DNA from: Bugula neritina
Taxonomy: Eukaryota > Animalia > Bryozoa
Direction of reading: 5' to 3'
Length of the DNA: 64,000 bases
Assembly (NCBI GenBank): GCA_964035545.1
Contig: OZ037768.1
Location: 6,170,741-6,234,740 of the forward strand
Under the pieces are notes generated by a model. The model did no database searches. It was not told the origin of the DNA and worked only from the letters and a program-made list of their open reading frames with translations. How positions within the stretch are numbered: position 1 is the stretch's first letter; each line of letters opens with the position of its first letter. Shown one piece after another: positions 38,067 through 52,100 of the stretch. The position numbers and the translations under genes are program-made.

Positions 38067-40728
38067 GTTGGCTGATTGCAGAATTCTACTTGGTGATAAT
38101 TCTGCTGATTTTGGTCCACCGAGCAATGCTGTTGTTCGCTACAGGAATACTCTCTACAAGGTAAAAGGTAAATACTATAATCAATGTCAACTATACAGTA
38201 TAAAATGTGTAGCACCCAGATTAGCAAAGTATACTAATGACAAAATGACCTTGACATGAGAGCTCCTGACATTTAGCAGCCATTTACAACTTTGATACTT
38301 GCCAGTCGCTATGTGACATACACTGTCAAAGGATATTCTACTATAAAGGAAGCAAAAATACATATAAAAAGCCACTTAACCTTAACCTTACATATTATAT
38401 GCATGATACATCTGCTTTACTGCAACTAATGTATATAATTTATTTCTTATGCACACTTTCATGTGAAGTAAACTTAGTACACCCCAAGCTTTTAAATAAT
38501 ATTAAAAAGCTCTAAATGGTATAAGACTTCAAAATAACAATTTACATTGTATCTGTAATAGCCTTTTGAGGTTTAAGCTGGCACAGCTTTGCATTGCATA
38601 GCTAACAGCTTTCTAACCTCAGGACTAGGCGTATTTCTTTCACAACACAGTATATATAAGTTTAGGCTCTGGGCTCTTCATTTTCGTCTTTTAGACTTTG
38701 AAAACTACTTCCAATTCCATCATTATTAAACTTTATCTTAATGCAAATCGCTCTTACTTTTAGCATTCGACCATTCACTTTGAGTTTCACTGATTCAGCC
38801 AAGATTATACTGGTATGTAATTTTATTTTATATGCTATACATTAATACAAACAATTCTATTTTAATAAATTTAATTTTTCATTAAAAATCATATTAATAT
38901 TAATATTATAGATATAATAATAATATTAATAATAATTATATTATATTTATAATTATTAATTATTAATATTTACTATTTAGCACTTCAACATTTAACATTT
39001 ACCTTAATATTATAATTAATAAACTATTATTACTATTAGAAGTATTGACTCAATTAGATCATTATAATCATAATATTACTATCTTAATTTATATTACAAA
39101 TAATTAAATATAATATTTAATAATTAATAACATTGAGATAAATATTAAAAATTATAATTGATACTAATTTTTATTTATTATAATTATAAAATTAAATATA
39201 ATCATTATGATTATGTCTATGGCCATACTCCATAGATTATCGCATTATGATTGAGTTTAACAATATGAATATTAAATTGAACTTTAACCTATCACTTTCA
39301 GTAAAGTTTTACTGATTCACACCACTCGTCACTGTGACTGAATCAGAATGAGTCTCAGAGTAAATCTGACACTCACACTGACTCTGAGTCTGACCACTCA
39401 AAATCAAACTGAACAGTTTTTCAACTTAATTTCCAATGGTGAGCAGTCAAAATTTGGGCTTCTTCACTTTTTCTCTAATAACCTAATGTGAAAGTTACTA
39501 TAATTCGTAAGGATAGAGCGAGAGTTTTGCTTTCGAATTTCAATTTACTGATCTAGTAAGTGTTAAAGTTAAACGCAAAATTTACAGCCCAGGTGCATTT
39601 AAAGGAAACCATTATATTGATGAAAATTGCAGCTATAAAACAATTCGAGTAACTTTAATTGTTGAAATTTGTTGAAATAACTATTTTATTTTACAAATAA
39701 TTCTAATTTCTAATTGTTTTAATAAACTTAGTCAATTAAAACAAAATATTTTATTTCAACTCACACGTTAGAGTAATTGAGCAAGTTTACTTTTCGCCAA
39801 TTTCCTTGTTATCAACCATGATGATGAAGCTGAACTCAATAATTGTAGATACTCATACTTTATTGATGATCATTGATGATTGTTAGATATATTATCCTAT
39901 ATTTTGCATCTGTAAGTGTTTATAGTAGATGATGAAGTTTTGCAATGCATGAATAGTATTTGAAATAGTCAATGTCATGCAGGTCTCACTCAGACTCTCA
40001 GTCTCACCCTCAGAGTCTCAGTTCTGGTTCAACTTCAAGTTTCAACACTAAGTTACTCACCAAATTAATGTCATCAGTTAACTTTATGTTTATGCTATGT
40101 TATAAGTATACTTATAGGTTATAATACCACAATTATATTTATACTAATGAATGTTAAACTTCAAGTATTACTATTTCACATCTGTAATCCAAAATTATAT
40201 AATTTTAATGATTAATTTATCATTATGATTATCTTAATCGTAATACTAACAATATTATTATTAATCATTATTGAATTTAATAATAAATTGTTATAATGGT
40301 TATCTGATTATAAATGTTAATACTTAGACTTTACTTATACTTATAGTTATAGGTAATGTAGCTGTAAGTGTTAGAATAACTATAAGAATTAACTATTAAG
40401 AGTAACTGTAAGTTAAATTACTATAACTATAAGTATAAGTATCACTGTATAACTAATTAGTAACAATAGTATTATTGATGTTATTATTATCAAATTTAAT
40501 ATCATATTTAATTTTATACTCCTCCTGTGCCGATATACTTATACAGTTATATGTTATAGTTATACGTTATACTTATAGTGTAAGTATAGTAGTCTGTATT
40601 AGTGTATAGCATTTAGTTATCACAAAATCAAAGCAAAAAGCTGCAAGTTGAAGTTGAACTTAAAAATAAGTTATAAAATAAATCTCTCATGTTCATATTG
40701 TTTTCAGTTGGCAAAAAGTTGAATAATT

Positions 40729-42963
40729 ATGTCCGGAGGTGGTGTAAATATGGAGCTTCTTCCATTCCTCAGCAGCTCTGCTAGGCATGACTTGAAATTT
40801 CTTGCTATTAAATATTTTGTTGGTAAGTTATTTATACTTTACCCACAATGCTTAACAGAATTTACAACTGCACTATATGTAAATTTGTTTAGTATGCTTA
40901 AAATTGTCCAGTCATGGAATTGATCTAGTTTATTCGAAGTAATTTGAAAGAAAATAGTGGTAAAAGCTTACTATAAAATTTATGCTATTCAGGTTGCTAG
41001 AAACCATTTGTTTTTTATGTTCTGAAGTTATTTATGTGTTGAAATGTAACCAACGTTTTAGAAGAATTGCTAGTTGTTGTCCATGTTGTAAATTCATGTT
41101 CATATATATTGAAATGCTAGACTTGCTGTATATGTCTTGTTATTTTAGGTCTTTCTGGGACTGTAGATGGTAGATTGTTTATCAACAGCAAGCCAGTATA
41201 TGTGGACAGGATCATAGAGCTAGCATCTGACAATGTTACGGATATAGTGTGTGAAGCGATATCTTGTTTGGTTAACTTAGCCGGTGATCCTAATGGTGTG
41301 AACTCTATTATGAAATCACATTTAGCTGGCCAGCTGCTTGATTCTGTTCTAAGTAATGTAGTAATGAAAGGGTGTGCTCTTGCTGATGCCCTAGCTATGC
41401 TCTTGTCAAATTTATCAAGAGAAGCATCGGCTGCGGAGAGAATTGTTGATAAACTGATTGGCGCTGATCCACCAACCACGTTAGACCAACTGGTTCAGGT
41501 CATGTGCTTGGTGGGATTCAATGAAATGGCGGAGCTGCATTTCCTGGCACCGTTTCTGGCCAATCTGTCTCAAGTCACCTCTGCTCGAAAATACTTCATG
41601 GACAAGCAAAGATGTGTAATTCAACGGCTTTTACCATTCATGAAACACAAGTCGGATGTTCGTCGCCAAGGAGTTAGCATGATTTTGAAGAACTGTTGTT
41701 TTGATTATGGTAATGCAACCCTACCCAAAAATATATATTGCTTTTAAATAGTTTATTCTGAACTTTAGCAAAACTGTTTTCTTTTTTGATGGAAATATTA
41801 ATTATTCAACTTAAAGGTTAAGTTAAGATCCTCTCTGTAATATTCAAGCTATATGTGTTTGAGTTCAAAGTATAATTTGAACTAAAGGATTGTGATGTCA
41901 TAAGCATATACATAGCTAGTGAATTTCACTGCAGTATTCTACTTTTTTAGTTGATGCATTCATTTAACCTGTGTCCTGTATTTTGCAATACTCTTTCTTT
42001 AGAGTATCATGACTGGTTGCTGGGCCCTGAAGTAGACATCTTGCCCTGCTTGTTATTGCCACTGGCTGGTCCCGAGGAATTTGATGAAGATGATATGGAG
42101 AAGCTGCCTGCTGACTTACAATACTTGGAACCTGATAAACGCCGAGAGCCACTGGCTATTGTCAGAGCCAACCTGGTGGAGGCTCTGATTCAGGTCGACT
42201 ACTTATTTGTTTGCAAACTTGTCTCTATATTTCTTTTTTAAGTTGTTATCAGCTTTTTTGAACTTTGTATTACTTTGGTCTCATTCTATTTCTGACCATG
42301 TGAGGTTTGGGAGTCTTTTACACGTAGTAGTAAAATAGTTTAATGTTTCTCAGTGTACTGTTTGCAACTACATCTGATCTATTTGTTACGAGAAGCTGCT
42401 GGCTCATCAGAATTATTGTGTCAAAGGCTTCATATTTTGTGTGTGTTGGTGTTTGTTTAATGGTTAAGTCACACTTTACTTACTTTTTCTATAGTCACAT
42501 ATTTGTTGACACAGTTCCAATAACATGATTGCTAGTTCTTGGACTACAGTGAACCCAATAAGTAGCTTTCTCTCAGTTTTGAAAAGTTATTTGTTAGCAT
42601 TAATATTTGCAGTTGGCCTTCCCACAGTTACCAAGATATAAATATATCAATATAAGCGCAGTTATGTGTATTATTTTCTTGCATGTTGATATTTTGTAGT
42701 TGTGTGCTACTGCTAATGGAAGGAATGTTCTGAGACAGAGTAACACTTACATCATCATCCGAGAGTATCATAAATCTGAAGATAATGTCATGAATCACCC
42801 AATGATAAACAACTTGGTAGACATTTTAATAGGCGATGAGCCTAGTCCAACATTGAGCTCTAACTTGAAGGAACTTGAAGTACCTAAAGACTTACAGGAA
42901 CAATTTTCAAATTACAGCAAAGAGGAATTGAAAACTCTCTCTACTCATCAAATTGCTGAATAG
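40729..42963 (+). CDS. HGH1: Protein HGH1 homolog (FAM203; eEF2 chaperone, ARM-like)
   Basis: Exons 40729-40822, 41149-41709, 42003-42193, 42700-42963. Motifs: MLLSNLSR, LHFLAPFLANLSQ, RRQGVSMILKNCCFD, DILPCLLLPLAGPEEFDEDDMEKLPADLQYLEPDKRRE, LCATANGRNVLRQSNTYIIIREYH, LVDILIGDEP. Confidence 0.94.
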
Positions 42964-45900
42964 TTTCAATTTTTTTTTCTTGCAGTGCTTTTGTTTTTTT
43001 AAATTTCATTTGTGAATGTGTAGCCATGACTATTGGTAATGAGTTCATACTTGGCATGCTGTTTACAGATATTGATAGTATTTAATTTTCTGGTATATGT
43101 TTTTTACATTTCTATTCTATTTTATAATTTAATAAAAATAATGCTTTGTTACTTCATTCGGTAAATTTAAAATTAGACGTTGAGAATCTAAGTTTAGAGT
43201 TTGGTAATACAGCATTGTGAAAGTAATAATCATTACCAGTGTAATGGTCATTGTAGTTCACCACTTTTCACTGCGAATTGACCACTTTAACACCATCGTT
43301 ACCAAAAAGGAGTCGATAGAGTTATTTTTTCGCCAATTAATGACTTGCTAGAAAAGACCAGTTGTAAATAAGATAATTTCAGAAAAACCACTGATAAATC
43401 GCAATATAAATACCTGCAGCAATTTAGTTTCAGCTTTTCCATAGCTACTAGCACTGCAGGCTTTTCCATTGGTTAGTAGTGATTTTTCTGATATGTAATA
43501 TAATTTATTATAAATATAGGCCTATTATGATACAACCTAACTCCTACAAGAAAAACTAGATTCTACTAAACTTACAAAGTTTTTTCAGCTGGGGTAGCTC
43601 ATTATATCTTAGAATGATAATCTTTCGGATTTATCCTATCAACTCCAACTACCGAGATAACTTGGTAGAACTGCGCAGAAATCCTCTAAATCTAATTATT
43701 ATCCCCCCTTATTAGAAAGATAACTCTAAATATGTAACCCGAGACACTAGCTGACCCCCAAAGTTGGTAGATACACTCTAGCTAAGTTCTGGAAGTAGAC
43801 AAACGTTCTTCAACTCTCGGCAGCTCAGTCTCAAACAGTGATGAAAAAGATATTATTATAATAATGGACATTTGACAATAATATATAAATGTAATTTGGC
43901 GTTTTTACGATACTAAAAGTAATAAAGTTAAATATTTTAGTAACTAAGAGTATAACCATAACCTAAACTTTAGTTGTAGTCTTATAAGTTATAACTATAA
44001 GTTAATGTTATACGTATTCATATGATATTGCCATCGGTATTGGCTACTACTAGTAGTAGTACTACTACTCAACTAGTACTTAGTTATACTAATACTGGTA
44101 ATAGTAGTTGTTAGTATTGCCATTAGCATTAGTATTACTATTAGTATTAGTACTATTAGTATTAGTCAGTGATACCATTGAATTCATCGACTATGGAGTT
44201 TCAATTTAACTAAAAGTATAACAGTAACACTAACTTCAACTTGTAGGTTATAACTATTGAGTTTGACTTTGGCCATTGCTCATTCAATGAGTCATTCACA
44301 TTGGGCTTGGCATTATGATTTAAATTATCAGTATGGTTATCATTGTCATTATGATTGTCATTTACATTGGTGATTACTGATACTCATACTGATAGTGATG
44401 GGATTTGGTGTGCAGTACTAGTAGCCTACTACTACTAGTAGTACTAGAACTAAAAATTTTTTGTTCTATATCACTATCAGTAGGAGTAGTAGACTTAGCT
44501 CATTAAAATCGCTAGGCTCCATGACTCTGACTATAAATTGTACTGTACAAGTATAACTTCAAGTTTTAAGTGATTAACTTTAAGTTTAACTGCATGTGTA
44601 AAACTAAAATTAAAAAACTTAGTATAAGTTAAAGTTAAAGTATTCCTAAATCTAATAGTAATGCTCTTAGTGTCAGGCACTGGTAGCTATATTATTAGTA
44701 TTAGTATTAGGCCTACTATCAGAATTAGTATTACATTTACTGCTACTCTAACTATTAGTTTTGCTATTAGTGTTAAATTGGTTTGTGTATTAATAGTGTT
44801 TCTTAGACTGAAATTCAGAAATCAAGAGTAAAAATTTCCTTAATAGTCATAGTTTTTCTGCTGGAAATAAAAAGTAAGTCTGCAGAAACTGAAAAAGGGA
44901 AATAGTTAGAGTAATTGATATTCGTAAGGATTTTACAGAACTATACTTATACTAAGTCTAACAGTATCACAGATTTGCACTCGGTCATCGCTGGCTTACT
45001 TTCATTGCCAATAATATGAATGATAATATGATACCGACAAAGTTCCACAAGACTATAGAAATGAAATTGAATACTATACTTAATATATAAGTAGACGATC
45101 ACTGTCTCAGTGACTAGTAAGAATATTTTTACGATTACTCGTGGTGATTTACTGATTTGGTGTTACTGCAGTCAGTGTGATTGTGATGATCATTTTAAGT
45201 ATGAATATCAGTGATTGACTCAAGGCTAGATCTTTTTAATTTATTGAGTTAGTATGGACTACTTTGTTCATAAGTTGTTCATAAATTGTTAACATAATTA
45301 TATTCAACAGCCACACAATCTGCCAGTATAATAAATGCATGTTTAACTAGCTTCACTTTTAAAAAGAAAATTATTTGGTATAATAGTTTGATCTGGCATG
45401 ATATTAGTTTACTGGATATTATGTTATAAATGGAAAAATTTGCGTTGGGTTAATGTACCCTCATGGGCAGAGGTTTTTACTGGATTGTGGTATTTGTAAT
45501 CTCTTCCATGTTTAACATGTTCATCTGCTTTATTCAATAGAAAGTATTCGTGATAATTTTATTATCGTAAATGTTTTCTACTAAAATATGTTAGTTTACA
45601 AAAAATTAATGCAAGATGAATATGCAATTGTTGGATAAACGCTTTGCTCTTTCACATTGTTTTGTAAAATGAAAGCTTAGTTTGTTGAGATAAAATTTTG
45701 AAAACCCAATTGATTCCGCACTTTCTAAAATTTTTCAATCAGTCTTGATAAATAGTGTTCTGTCACAATAACGGACATTATTAATAGTTTTCCTGACTAG
45801 GGATAGTTCATGTTTCATGTAGCATTCTTGCATGCTTTTATTTTAACTTTTAAAAGTTTTATTTTTCATTATCAGTTTTTGTATTACCCTATTCTGGTCC

Positions 45901-46129
45901 ACGTGTACTTGTGCCATCACTGTGTTGCGGAAGATTTGATAAGTGATTCTGTGACAGTTTTGTGAACACAATAGCAAACATATGGAATATCTCAATATTT
46001 TTATCTGCTAAGTGTTTTATTACAATTTATTCAATTACTGCACGTTGGCTAATTTGTTTTTCAATGAATTTTATTCGCTAGAGAAACAAATTAGACATTA
46101 GATGTTGCGGAAGATCTTTGTTAGTAACC

Positions 46130-49100
46130 ATGGAGGAAGTATCTTGTTCTTCAGCAGACCTCCGCCAGTTCCTGCTGGCCTGTGAAAATGGGGATTTAGA
46201 ATGGGTAGATAAAGCTTTAGAGTCTGGCATTGTACAGGTAACTCAATGAAATTTATTTATTTTCTGTTGGCAATATTTATTTATATCTTCATTTTATTGG
46301 CTATAAATAAGTGTCATATTCTCATAGATGGAACAGCAATTTTTCCTGTAATTAGTGGCGTGTGTAGGTATTGACTAATGTTATTAGTTCGGATAGCTAT
46401 TATAATAGATATCGTTGACAAGAATTATTTATAGAATTAATGTCATAATATACTGTAAATAATATACGATATTATCCAAATAATGTTAGGTTTCTTGGTG
46501 TTTAGTTCAACTAGACGAGTGTGTATATCATTCTAGGTAGATTCTAGTGATGACCAGGGATTCACTGGGTTACAAATGGCAGCGGCCAATGGCCATGAAG
46601 ATCTTGTCAGATTACTCATCATGAAAGGTGCTGCTTTAGAAAAGTCCAATCAGTATGACTGGACGCCATTGCTACATGCAGCCCGACACGGTCACACAGG
46701 TAGCTGTTCCATAAACCTTCGTATTTTATGTTGGGCAATGTAATGCTAAGGTATTATTTAAACTAAGCAAAGTCTTCACCTTCAATGCCCCATAGTCATG
46801 TACTATAATGATAACAACAGTCAATTCAAACTTATCTTTTTTAGGACAAATAACCTGCCTGGTTGTATTCTATTTAATTTTCAGCTCTCGATGTTATTAT
46901 TTACAATGAGTATACCTGTTGGCACTGTACTCCACAGGTAATCCCTATCTTAGTTGGCATTATGTCACTTAGTTGTATAATCACACCGGTTTAGTATTGT
47001 TTATTAAGTTATCTCCTCGTTCCATATCAAGGTGTGGCAGCTTTACTTCTGCAAAGCGGAGCAGAACTAAACAAGAAGACCTGCATGGGGGCCAACGCCC
47101 TCACCTATGCTGTTAAGGGAGGGCATAGTCGCACTGTCAGCTTCCTTCTCGACCGACAGATCGATTTCGATATAGTGGCGTCTCCTTGCGAACTGTCCGC
47201 CATGTTTGTTGCGTCATTATTGGGACATGATAGTTCACTAAGACACTTATCTGATAGAGGTCAGTACACTTCCTGTTGTATCTATAGTATTAGTATCAGT
47301 AATAGTATCAGTGATATTATTAGTATCAGTAATAGTCTTAGTACTAACATTAATATTATTAGTATTAGCAATCTGTTGGAAAACTTTATCTTGGTTCGAA
47401 CAGTCGGGAGTTGTGATTTTAATATTATTTTTATTCTTATTGTTTCTCTGTTGAGTTCTACTTGACATTTAGCACACTAGATTTCATGCTGAGAAGCTAT
47501 TGTTGTTAAAATGCTTGCCGAGTCTATTTCGAGGAGTTAACAAGTATTTCTAGTCAAGTTAGTCTGGTATGCAGTGTGGTATACAGTATGGTATACAGTA
47601 TAGTGTACAATGTAGTATACAGTGTAGTGTACAGTGTAGTGTACAGTGTAGTATACAGTGTAGTGTACAGTGTAGTATACAGTGTAGTGTACAGTGTAGT
47701 GTACAGTGTAGTAGACAGTGTAGTGTACAGTGTAGTGTACAGTGTAGTATACAGTATAGTATACAGTATAGTGTACAATGTAGTATACAGTGTAGTAGAC
47801 AGTGTAGTGTACAGTGTAGTGTACAGTGTGGTATACAGTGTAGTATACATTGTGGTAGACAGCTAAATCTGTCTGCTATACAATTGCAGAAACTGGATGA
47901 TGAATTGATATCATGGATCTGCCTCAACGCTTGATCAAACACACTGTTGAGTGCATAACATTGCTTGTATACATAATCCTTGTAGAAGTTAGGCAATCAT
48001 TGTTCTTTACTTTTCCACAATGTGTAATAAATTACCAAATGTCAAATGCTTACCACTTCTGTCAGAAGATCATATAGTATTAGTAACTGAGCTACTAGAT
48101 CACCTACCAGATGGCACTATGGGTAGATTGATGTGTAATATCTTATCTGTAGGTTGGGACACAAACCAGAGAATGCAGTCCACATTTATGACTCCTCTGA
48201 TGTGTGCGGCCATCAACGGTCACATGACAACTGCTCAGATACTGATGGAAAGTGGGTGTGACCCTAATCTCACCGATGTGAATGATAAAACCGCCCTCCA
48301 GCTTGCTCATGATAAAGGGAAGAAGGAAGTCTTTGGTTTTTTAGATAGAAAGACTTCAAATAAACTTTCGATGGGTCAGCTGTTACATATATTAACTGTC
48401 CGTGTTTAGGGTTTTATGATCTTCCTGGGATATGCACTACTCATTTAGTCAAACATGCTAAATACTTCTGCTTATTAAACTATCCAACTTATGAATATAT
48501 TGATTGTCATCCTCTAAAGTGTTATATTAAAGAAATGTGTTATGATTATGTAAACTTCTCAACTATTAGATATTCAAGTGTGCTGTTGAATTTGTTCTTG
48601 TGTTATCGGTTTTGGAAGTACTTATGCTCATTATTTTGATGCAAAGAAAAGCATGTTTGTGTGTTACTAATTGGGGCTCTATTTTGTTACAGTTGAAGAA
48701 GAAGATTACCGAATGGATATTCTGGAAGCTACTAAAATTGGTAAGTAATATTGTGGATGCAGATTACCTTTTGTAATGAGTCAATTTTACTTGTTTTAGG
48801 GTCTGTTTATTTTATTTAAGTAAGTAGATTTACAATAAGTAAGTTCCTCATACTTTTATGAGTAGTAATTGTGTTAGTAGCTTATACAAACACGTGGTAC
48901 ATCATTTTTTTATGTTCAGTTAATGGCTGACAATTTCATGTCGCCATCTCATATCTTGTAACAGGTGATATAGCTCGAGTCAGAGAAATATTGGTGGCAG
49001 ACAACTCTTTAAAAGACTACTGCTTGCCAACAGATGGCGCTACTCCTCTCATGTACGCTGCCATGTCTGGTAGAATCGACATTGCCATGTTACTCGTAGA

Positions 49101-52100
49101 CACTGGCTGCGACGTTGACAAGCAGGACAAGATTAGTAGTTGGACTGCACTCATGCAGGCCATATTCCACGGGTATGCATGTTGCACGCCCCATCTTCTG
49201 TGTTCAGTTGCTGTTTACATGCTGGCTAGGAACTCACTTATTATATATAGTATTAAGGCAACTGTTATTGATTGATGGCCCTTTTCCCAATAGCACTAGT
49301 TTAATTATTGCAAAATTTATATGCAACACTTCCTATAGCATAGCTGGAATTTTACCATCCTGACAAACTATGTTTTAATCTCTTGTTGTGGTTTCAAGCT
49401 ATTGCCTGTTTCTTGTAGAAGGAAGGTGTAAAGGCACTTCACAAACTTTTAATATGTGTTTTTCTTGGTTTTCTCAGTTGCCACTTGGATAAATATTTGC
49501 TTTAAATTTACACTAAACTTTGGTAATCATCATTTTCTATCTTTCTGTGAAACCTTTTACTGCTGCACTTTGCAAGCTGCATGAGTATGTTGATTCAGCC
49601 ACTCAAAATCTGTGTGATTAATATCCACTCCTTCCACAATGAATTCACTGAATATACTTAAAACTGTGAGATGAAGTTGTCTGCTGTTTTATATCATGTG
49701 TTTGTATGAAAGTGTTCCTGTACATGTAGAGTCAATATGATTGGTTGTTTTGTGACCTTTAAATGGTAATGTTGGTTGTATTTATTATTTTAGGAAAAAG
49801 CAAGTAGCTAAGTTTTTAATTGGTTCAGGTGCTGATGTTTCATTGGAAGCAAAGAATGGTATCACAGCGTTTGATATGGCTTCATTTATAGGTTAGTTTC
49901 TTTTATGAATGTGTATATTTGTAAGTTTGGTCTGTTTGTGTTACATTATCAGCTGAAATTGTACATATGTGTATGTGTTACAAGCTCAAGAATGGCTCGG
50001 GGGGGGGGGGGGGACTGAAGCCATACGTGATGTTAGGTGGTGCACTGTGTTATCATAAGTTAGTTAATGTTTGAATGGGATATTCTGGCATTGTTGAGTT
50101 CTGTTGTCTTCCAGCTCTGTTATTCACTGAGCTCTGTTACCTTTCCTCTAGATGATGTAGACACAGATTTGCTACGACTTCTTGCCTCCAAGGCTATGAG
50201 TAATAAGTCATCCAAGAAAGGCGATTCTCTGAAACGTCCTTCTGGGATGAAACGTTCTCAGCTCAGTAGTGCCGAGTTTCTGTAAGCTTAAATTTATTCT
50301 TTTTTCTTATAGCTAAATTACTTAAACAGCAGATTCTGACGACCTGTTATTAAAATTCCATAGTTTATTATGATCTTGCTAAACTGAATAATGTATATAC
50401 TATTAGAATATGGTAAGTTGAAATAGATTGAGCTAAGTTTTTTTAATATAGTTATTATATTTTAGTTCAAAAAGTTACAGTCACTTCTCTGTGCTTTCGA
50501 ATGTATCAACACATGAAAGATAGTATTATAGTATTAATTTCAATATGTATGACATTGTACAGCCACATTACAATGCATGTGTGACATTGTACTGCCACAT
50601 TATAGAGCAGATAGAGGTGGGAAGAAATGGTGGAGTAGAGTCTCAACTCAGCTGAAGAATTTGTCCAAAACATTTCAGCTGAAAGGCAGCAAGGCTAATG
50701 ACCCCGTGGTATGATAATCACGTCAGCATATTTGGCTAGTTTATCTGTTTTCCCAGCAGCAGTTTAGTAGCCGCTGTTGTGGGACAAAAATACACTGCTT
50801 TGGGAGGCGCATATCCAAGTTCTTCGATTGTAATCCGCTATAAGAAATTGTATTTTGTTTTTCTGAATTATATTGAAATTGTTTGTTGAAAGATGTAGTG
50901 TAGTATAATATAGACTTGTTGTTGGCGCATTACGTTTTGTCTACACGTCATATGAAAGGCAAAAAGACTAGTATGGTACGATTTATCACTTTTAGAAAAG
51001 TAAAATAAAGATGAGTAAAATGAACAGCACCTCCACAATGAATCTACCAATATACCAGGACTTCACTGCCTTGTCAAAGAAAGACTCAACTCTTTCATTT
51101 ATGGACAAGAAAAAGAGCGCGTCACTTTACCATCTGGTCAGTTTGCTCTGCATACACAAAGTTTCACATTATTCTGCTAAAAATCTAACATGTGAATTAT
51201 ATTATACTGAAATAATCATTTGCCTTATTCTTCACCATATGATGATGTTTAATGTTTGTATCTCTGCAGTCTTATTTCGGAAAAATATTTTGTAGGAATT
51301 AAAATCATATTTATGGTGTAATTCATATAACAACAATATAATTCGTAATGTGTTACACTTAATATAATATATTATTTAGTATTATAAACATATATTATAT
51401 GATATAAATATATTATATAATATTATAAATATATTACAATATTTTGATGTTATATGTTATATAATTTCTGTCACAGTATTGTAATTTTTTTAAATTTTGC
51501 TATTTACATGTTCCAGAATAGTATGACGCCGTATTCCACGGCCACCATGCCCTTAGGACTGGGTGGTGGAGGTGCACTAGGAGGGGAGACTCTCAAGCCT
51601 GTAATACCCCCTTTCTTACCCCAACCTAGTTATGAACTCACCGCTGAAACGTGGGGCATGCCTACTCAGCAAAAATCTCAATCTACACTAGATCTCACTG
51701 TCGTAGGTTCTAATCTTTACTCTTGCTTATCTCATGTTGAGTTTGAAATTGGAAATTTCAGGTTTATAAAACAATTTGATCGACTTTGTCAATTATACCC
51801 AAGAAAACTTGCTTTAGTCGAGAGATTTGTTTGTAGAATAACAAACATCCAATGATACGGCCCATGAGTGTGCGGAGTGGAAGGGATGGACCAACAAGTC
51901 CGCACTCTGACACCAGGTTTAGCTTTGGAAGTCCGAGTCCGAACTCGAGTGGTGGAGCGAGTAGTATCAGTGCTATGTACTCTGCACCAACCAGTGGCAG
52001 TAGTGCCACCTCCAGTACCCTAACACCCAATAATGTAGACAGATTCAACAGTATGTGTATTGAAGTCTTGTAGTTGACTCGTTACTATCTAAAATTATAG

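Noticed and set aside
39786-39818. Minus-strand ATG (MVDNKEIGEK*) as a possible AAMP first coding exon
   Set aside because: A stop codon precedes the candidate donor. It is at most a 10-codon uORF, and the TSS is unverified.
47554-47996. Four ORFs of YTTL/LHCT/VQCS/VVYS repeats
   Set aside because: They are translations of a stop-free 12-bp intronic minisatellite. The ANKS6 frame is complete without them.
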